A stretch of 64,000 nucleotides of DNA, taken from the NCBI RefSeq assembly GCF_963921235.1, contig NC_086097.1:156614001-156678000 (forward strand), given 5' to 3'. Shown here one piece after another: positions 58,200 through 64,000 of the stretch. The notes beneath the pieces are model-generated. The model made no database searches and was not told where the DNA came from. It worked only from the letters and a program-made list of their open reading frames with translations. Numbering within the stretch: position 1 is the first letter of the stretch; each line of letters opens with the position of its first letter. Both the position numbers and the translations under genes were made by a program. The stretch is from Mobula hypostoma (taxonomy: Eukaryota).

Positions 58200-60110
58200 C
58201 CATAAAATCATGAAGTCATACAGCAATGAAACCGGTCGCACACCTCAACTGGTCTGTGCTAACCAAGATGCCCCGTCCTAAATAGTCCCATTTTCCAGTG
58301 TTTGGCCCATATCTTTCTAAACCCTTCCAATACATGTACCTATCCAACTGTCTTTGAAAAGTTGTTGTTGTACCTGCTTTATCTCCCTCCTCTGGCAGCT
58401 GATACTACCCATTGTATAAAACAGTCGCCCTTCAAGTTCTTGCATATTTCCCGTCTTATCTTAAACTTATACCCTCTAGTACTTGATATCCCAAATCTAG
58501 AAAAGAGACTAAGAGCATTCACAATCACTATGCTCCTTGTGATTTTATACATTTGGTAGATCACTGCTCAGCCTCCAATCTGCTAAGAAATGAAGTCCTA
58601 GTCTATTCAACTTCACCCTATAAAATCAGTCTCTCAAGAGTGCTCCTTGTCACTCTTTGCTGTGTTCTTTCCAGTTTAATAACATCTTTCCTAAAGCAGG
58701 ACAACCAAAACTAAACACAAGTGTGGCCTCATCACAATTAAGGTCAACCACACCATGATCTCCCAATTGTTATATTTAATGCCTAGACTCATGAAGGCCA
58801 GCATACCAAAAGCTTTCTTAACCGCCCTGTCTACCCGTGACTCTATTTTGAGTGAACTATATTCTTGTACTCCAAGGTCCCTCTGTTTTACAACACTCCC
58901 CAGTGGCCTGCCCTTCATTGTGTAAGTCCTCCCTGCATTTAACATTCCAAATGCAAATCTAAATAATAAACTCCATTTGTGCACTACTATAATTTTTGAT
59001 AAGCTTCTTCACTGTTCACTATACCACTTATTTTAGTGTCATCTCGAAACTTACTGACATTCTTATGTTTGTACATTCTTTTCCAAGTTGTTGATATGGA
59101 TGACAAACAGCAATGGGCCAAGCAGCACCCCACCAACGCCAGCCACTAGCCACAGGTCTGTAATCCAAGAAACAACCTTATACAATTACCCTCTGCTTTC
59201 TACCATAAAGCCAACTGTGTATCCAATTCGCAGGCTCTCTTTGGACTCCATGCGATCTAACCTTTCAGAGCTGTCTACTATGTGGAAACTGATCAAAGGT
59301 CTTACTGATACCCATATGAGCCACATCTACTAACCCATCCTCATCAACGTTCTTGACCATATCATCAAAAAACTCAAGTTCATGATACATAATGTCATGG
59401 TCCAGTCAGTTAACTACTCATTTCAGTAAATTTCCTTTTCCCCGTGTTCCAATGTCTCCTTGATTTCCTTGATTAGGGCACCTGATCCTCATTCGAAATG
59501 GCAGCATAAAAACTCTAGCTTACTTCTACTCATTGCTGGTTCGTCATTTCAGTAGAGCGGCTATGCTCATTCCCAGCCGCCAAGAATAGGGGACCGTCTT
59601 CCATATTGTCTGTCGTTGTTTGTTTTTTGTTGTCTTGGGTCCAGCTGAGTATTGCTGACCATTTGCTGCTGCTCCGAGCCACGATACGAATTGTTTGTCA
59701 TTGTTTGTTTTTGTCGTCTTGTGTCCAGATGAGTGTTGCCAGCCGTTTTGCCGCCGCTCCGAGCTGGGATGCGAGTGGTCTGTCATTGCTTTGTTTAATC
59801 AAGGCTCCGAGTCTCAGTCCAAGTCAAGGCTTCGAGTCCCAGTCCAAATCCTGGCTCTGAATCTAAGTCCTGGCTCTGAGTCCAAATCAAGTCCAAGTCC
59901 GTCTCCGTGTCAGGTCTCTGTGCCTGTGTCCTGTACTTGGGTCGGCACCAGCCGCTGATTGCAACACATGATCTCCCCTGCAAAATGACATGCTGACTGC
60001 CCTTAATCAAACTCTATCTTTTCAGATTTGCATGTATTTTATCCCTCAAAACCCTCTCCTATAATTTACCTACCACAGATGTTCAACTTATTGGCATTTA
60101 ATTCTCAGTA
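58200..60110 (-). mobile_element. Degenerate CR1 interrupted by a solo LTR
   Basis: QRDLGVQ..SLK..VDRAVKKAFGMLAF, TRGYKFK relics. Confidence 0.8.
59393..59966 (+). mobile_element. Solo LTR related to the 35173/40382 family
   Basis: TGTCATGGTC...GCAACA; TSD cataa/catga; gcataaaa motif; 3' tgcctgtgtc..acttgggtc shared with 36178-36200. Confidence 0.75.
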
Positions 60111-60844
60111 CTTTCTTCGATACCACTTGCCAGTTTAGATATATTACTATGATTCTCTTCAATACCAATGTATAGAAAGACAACTGCTAAAGTTAAATGG
60201 GTAAAATCCAAGAAACTACGTGTTTTGAGATCAAAATATAAAATCCACATCATGAGCTTGTCCATAAAAGAAACAGATTGTTAAAGGCTCATTTATTCAT
60301 AATCATTATGTAATCTGGAATTTATCAATCCAAAGACTTTTTTTTCTGTTTAAAGGAGATTATGGTACAGTCTGTTATTTTATATAACTGGTAGATGGCA
60401 CTGCAGCTCTAGAAACATTGTCCGGGATTAATTACAATTTGATATTGTTATTTAAACATGCATTCAAGCTCCTTATTTCAATTTATGGAAACATATTCAA
60501 AGGCTTAACTATAGCATGCATATGTTACAGTCGTTTTTCACAATGACTTTTACTCCCTCATGTTTCTCCTTGAGCAGACATGAAGGATAATTTTCAAAGA
60601 GTGTGGACATCACAGTCAAGATTGCATTTAATACCAATGCTTAATTGTCCTTGAGAATGCCATAAACTGCCTGTGTGAACCACGACTGTGCTGTATTGAA
60701 AGTACTCCCACAGTGCTGAGGGTTAAGGTTTTCCAGAAGTATGACTGAAAAATGAATGCCACCACCTACAAGTTTCTCTCCACGATGGGATAGTTTGATT
60801 CCCACACCCCAGTACTCTTGAACATTTGAATAATATTTACAATG

Positions 60845-61050
60845 CACACAAAATGCTGGAGGAAATCTGCAGGCCAGGCAGCATCTAGGAAAAGAGTACA
60901 GTCAAAGTTTCAGGCCAAAACCCTTCGGCAAGGTTTTGGCCCGAAACGTCGACTGTACTCTTTTCCTGGATGCTGCCTGGCCTGCTGAGTTCCTCCTGAA
61001 TTTTGTGTGTGTTGCTGGGATTTCCAGCATCTGCAGACTTTCTCTTGGGA
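60845..61050. mobile_element. Fold-back element of two inverted Penelope-like 3' tails
   Basis: cacacaaaatgctggagg..ggccaaaaccctt / aaggttttggcccgaaacgtcgactg..ttttgtgtgtg; possible TSD ttgaataat (60826-34, 61051-59). Confidence 0.85.
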
Positions 61051-61974
61051 TTGAATAATCTTTAGTTGGTTTTGCAGATAAAAGATAGGGCAATTGTGGT
61101 ATCAATAACCAATGAAAGGAGTGGGTGGTGGATGAGGTGCAAGAAAGTTGCTTACTTTGTTCTGGATGTTTTTCTTGAGAAGTTCCACTGGAAGTTCATC
61201 CACACAAGAGGGGAATATTCCATTGAATGCATGTTTAGTATGTGATGAAACAGTTTTGAAAAGATAGGATTTGAGTCATTCACCTCAGAATACAAAGCCT
61301 CCGACTTGCTCAATCATTAGTCAAGATCTACACTTCTAACTTGAATGTGAAAGGATATTCATTGACTAAATAGCTGGAGGTGGATTGGTCTAGAGTGTTT
61401 CCTTGATAAACTTCTGCAAGGATGTCCAATGCTAAAGACATAGGCTTCCAGATATCACCATTTGTGTGCTAGGTATTATTCAATTTGGTGGAGAGCTTTC
61501 TCTTTGATTTCAATTTTACAGGTGTTTTTCAATTCCACACCTGACACAAAGATCAATTAACTACTGTACCTTGCATCTGGAAGACAGTTCCTTTGTTCAT
61601 TTTGCTCCAAATGGCAACATGATAAGGGGCTGAGCCCTTACCGTTGTCACGTGGACTCAAGGGCAGGCCATAGGCCTCTGCAAGGGGATGTTCATGGAGA
61701 TGACCAATTTCTTGGTTCATCATAGTTCACAATTGGTTTGTTTTGATTCATCTGCAGTGGAATTGTGTAGCTCTGCCAATAGCATGGTATTCCAGCAGTT
61801 TCTGAAGGATGTAGCATCACACAACATATTGAAAGATGACCTCAATGTTAAGCAAAAACTTCACTGCAAAGATATTCTGCCACTTGCTCTCACTAATATT
61901 GTCACTGAGCGAGGCACTGAGGCATACAAATCTATATCGGCAAAGTCAAGTTGTGATGATATCAAGTTGTAAAA

Positions 61975-64000
61975 CCGTAAGACCATAAGAGATAAGAGCA
62001 GAATTAGGCCACTCCATCCATTGAGTCTGCTCTACCATTTCATCATAGCTGATCACTTTTCTCTCTCAACTCCATTCTCCAGTTTTCTCCTAATAATCAT
62101 TCATGCACTGAGTTATTAAGAACCTATCAATCTCCACTTTAATTATACCCAATAACCTGGCCTCCACAGCTGCCTGTGGCAATGAATTCCACAGATTCAC
62201 TACCCGCTAGTTAAAGAAATTCCTCCTCATCTCTGTTCTAAATGGATGTCCCTCTTTACTGTGCCTGTGCCCTCTGGTCCTAGACTCTCCCAAAATAGAA
62301 GGTATCATCTTCATATCAATCCTATCTAGGTCTTTTAACATTCAATAGTTTTCAATGAGAACCCCGACTCCTTCACACTTCTAAATTCCAGCTTGTACAG
62401 ACACAGAGCCATCAAACGCTCATCATATAATAAACCTTTGTTTCCCAAACTCCATTGAGCCCTCTCCAATGTCAGCACATCTTTTCTTAGAGAAGGGTCC
62501 CAAAACTGCTCACAATACTCCAAGTGAGGCCCCACCAGTACCTTATAAAGCCACACCATTATATCCTTGTTTCTATATTCTAGTCCTCTTGAAATGAATG
62601 CTAACAGTTCATTTGCCTGCCTTGCCACCAACTCAATCTGCAAGTTAATCTTTAGAGAATTCTGCATGAGGACTCCAAAGTCTCTTTCCAACGTGGATTT
62701 TTGAATTTTCTGCCCATTACGAAAACAGTCTACACATATACCTGCCCTTCCACCTATATTCATATCATCAGCAAACTTGGCCACAAAGTCATACAAATCA
62801 TTGACATATAATTCAAAAAGAAGCAGTCCCAACACAAGCCCCTGTAGAACACCACTAGTCACAGGCAGCAAACTGAAAAAGGCTTCCTTTTGAAACACCA
62901 TGATTTCCTTGGCTGCGCTAGTCTAGGGAAGACAACGTTCGGCCCCGCCAAACTCACGAGATTGAGGCGTGCTCGATCCCACCCCAAACCCCAGTCTGTG
63001 TGGATGCTGTGTCATTTGCTACCCTGTTACAAATTATTGCCACAAAACAACAGACAGTACACTGCATACAATTAAAGGAATTATATTTATGAATCTTAAC
63101 TAAAGGGTTAGTAAAGAATAACAAAAAGAAAAGGGCCCATTCTAATTAAACAGTCAAATGTGCACAAGCTGGAGCTCATCTTGAACTTCTGTCATTCACG
63201 TGCTGGGACCTTAGTAAATGTGAAGGCACACACCACCTTCCGATCATCACTCTCAATCCATCGTGAACAAACGGCTCTCCCACCAGATCGTATGTTACGA
63301 CTGGTTTTCCCCAGCATCTTCTCTCTTCATCTCCTCTTGAACAGAAGCTCCAAGCTCAACCTTACTGTCCCTCTCCAGGAAAACCTCCCCTTAATCTGAC
63401 CATCGTAATTGGATGGCACACATTTTTCCTATCTCTTATTTTTAACAGTAACCCAAACTAGCATGAAAACAGAACAGACTGATTTTACAGAGTTGCCAAA
63501 ATGAAATAATACAGCATAACAGTAAAAATATGAACCAAGGCATCACATTTTATTCCCAATCTTTGCCTCCTGCCAATCAGTCAATGCTTTCTCCATGCTA
63601 GTGTCTTCCCTGTAATACCATGGACATTTACCTTGTTTTGCAGCCTCAAGCGTGGCAGTACATAACTTCCACTGATTCTCCTTTGTCTATCTTACTACTT
63701 TACTTCTTCAAGGAATTCCAACAGATTTGTCAGGCAGGATTTTACATTAAGGAAATCATGCTGACTTTGGCCTATTTCATCATGTACCTTCAAGTACCCT
63801 GAGACATCATCTTTAACAATCGACTCCAACATCTTCCTAACAACTGAAGTCAGGCTAACTGTTCTATAAGTTTCTTTCTTCTGCCTCCCTCCCCTCTTGA
63901 AAAGTAGAGTGACATTTGTTTGCAATTTTCTAGTCCTCGGGAACCATGCAAGAATCTAGTAATTCTTGAGAGACTAGTACCAGTGCCTTCTCTTTCAGAA
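61975..64000 (-). mobile_element. Degenerate CR1 ORF2 interrupted by a solo LTR, runs off the window
   Basis: ORFs 62335-62901 (FADD, PHLEYCEQFW) and 63695-63925 (YRTVSLTSVV, KSCLTNLLEF). Confidence 0.85.
62891..63547. mobile_element. Solo LTR-like insertion
   Basis: TG...CA ends, flanks cttt/tttt, cleanly interrupts CR1 at aaggcttccttt|tattccc. Confidence 0.7.

Overview
Repeat-dominated vertebrate non-genic DNA; the repeat families (CR1 LINEs, Penelope-like elements, V-SINE-like SINEs, Rex1-like LINEs) suggest a cartilaginous fish, by inference. No host protein-coding exon is supportable. Contents: three young, near-identical CR1 copies, one full length (ORF1 zinc-finger/leucine zipper/SGNH esterase, ORF2 APE-RT with one homopolymer frameshift); many older CR1 relics; Penelope-like elements (RT + GIY-YIG) whose 3' ends carry a minimal hammerhead ribozyme; short fold-back elements built from that ribozyme tail; a young non-autonomous Gmr1-like Gypsy element with intact SCAN-type gag-protease but dead pol; five solo LTRs; and Tigger, mariner, Tc1 and Chapaev-type DNA transposon relics, often nested. 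Most notable: (1) a U_UUA_AAC slippery heptamer in the correct frame directly before the CR1 ORF1 stop, whose -1 frame is the AUG-less ORF2 and which recurs in two diverged CR1 relics; (2) the hammerhead ribozyme and its palindromic derivatives; (3) the gag-retaining LTR element in a triple-resolved nested insertion. All coordinates and alignments were read by eye; boundaries of old relics are approximate.
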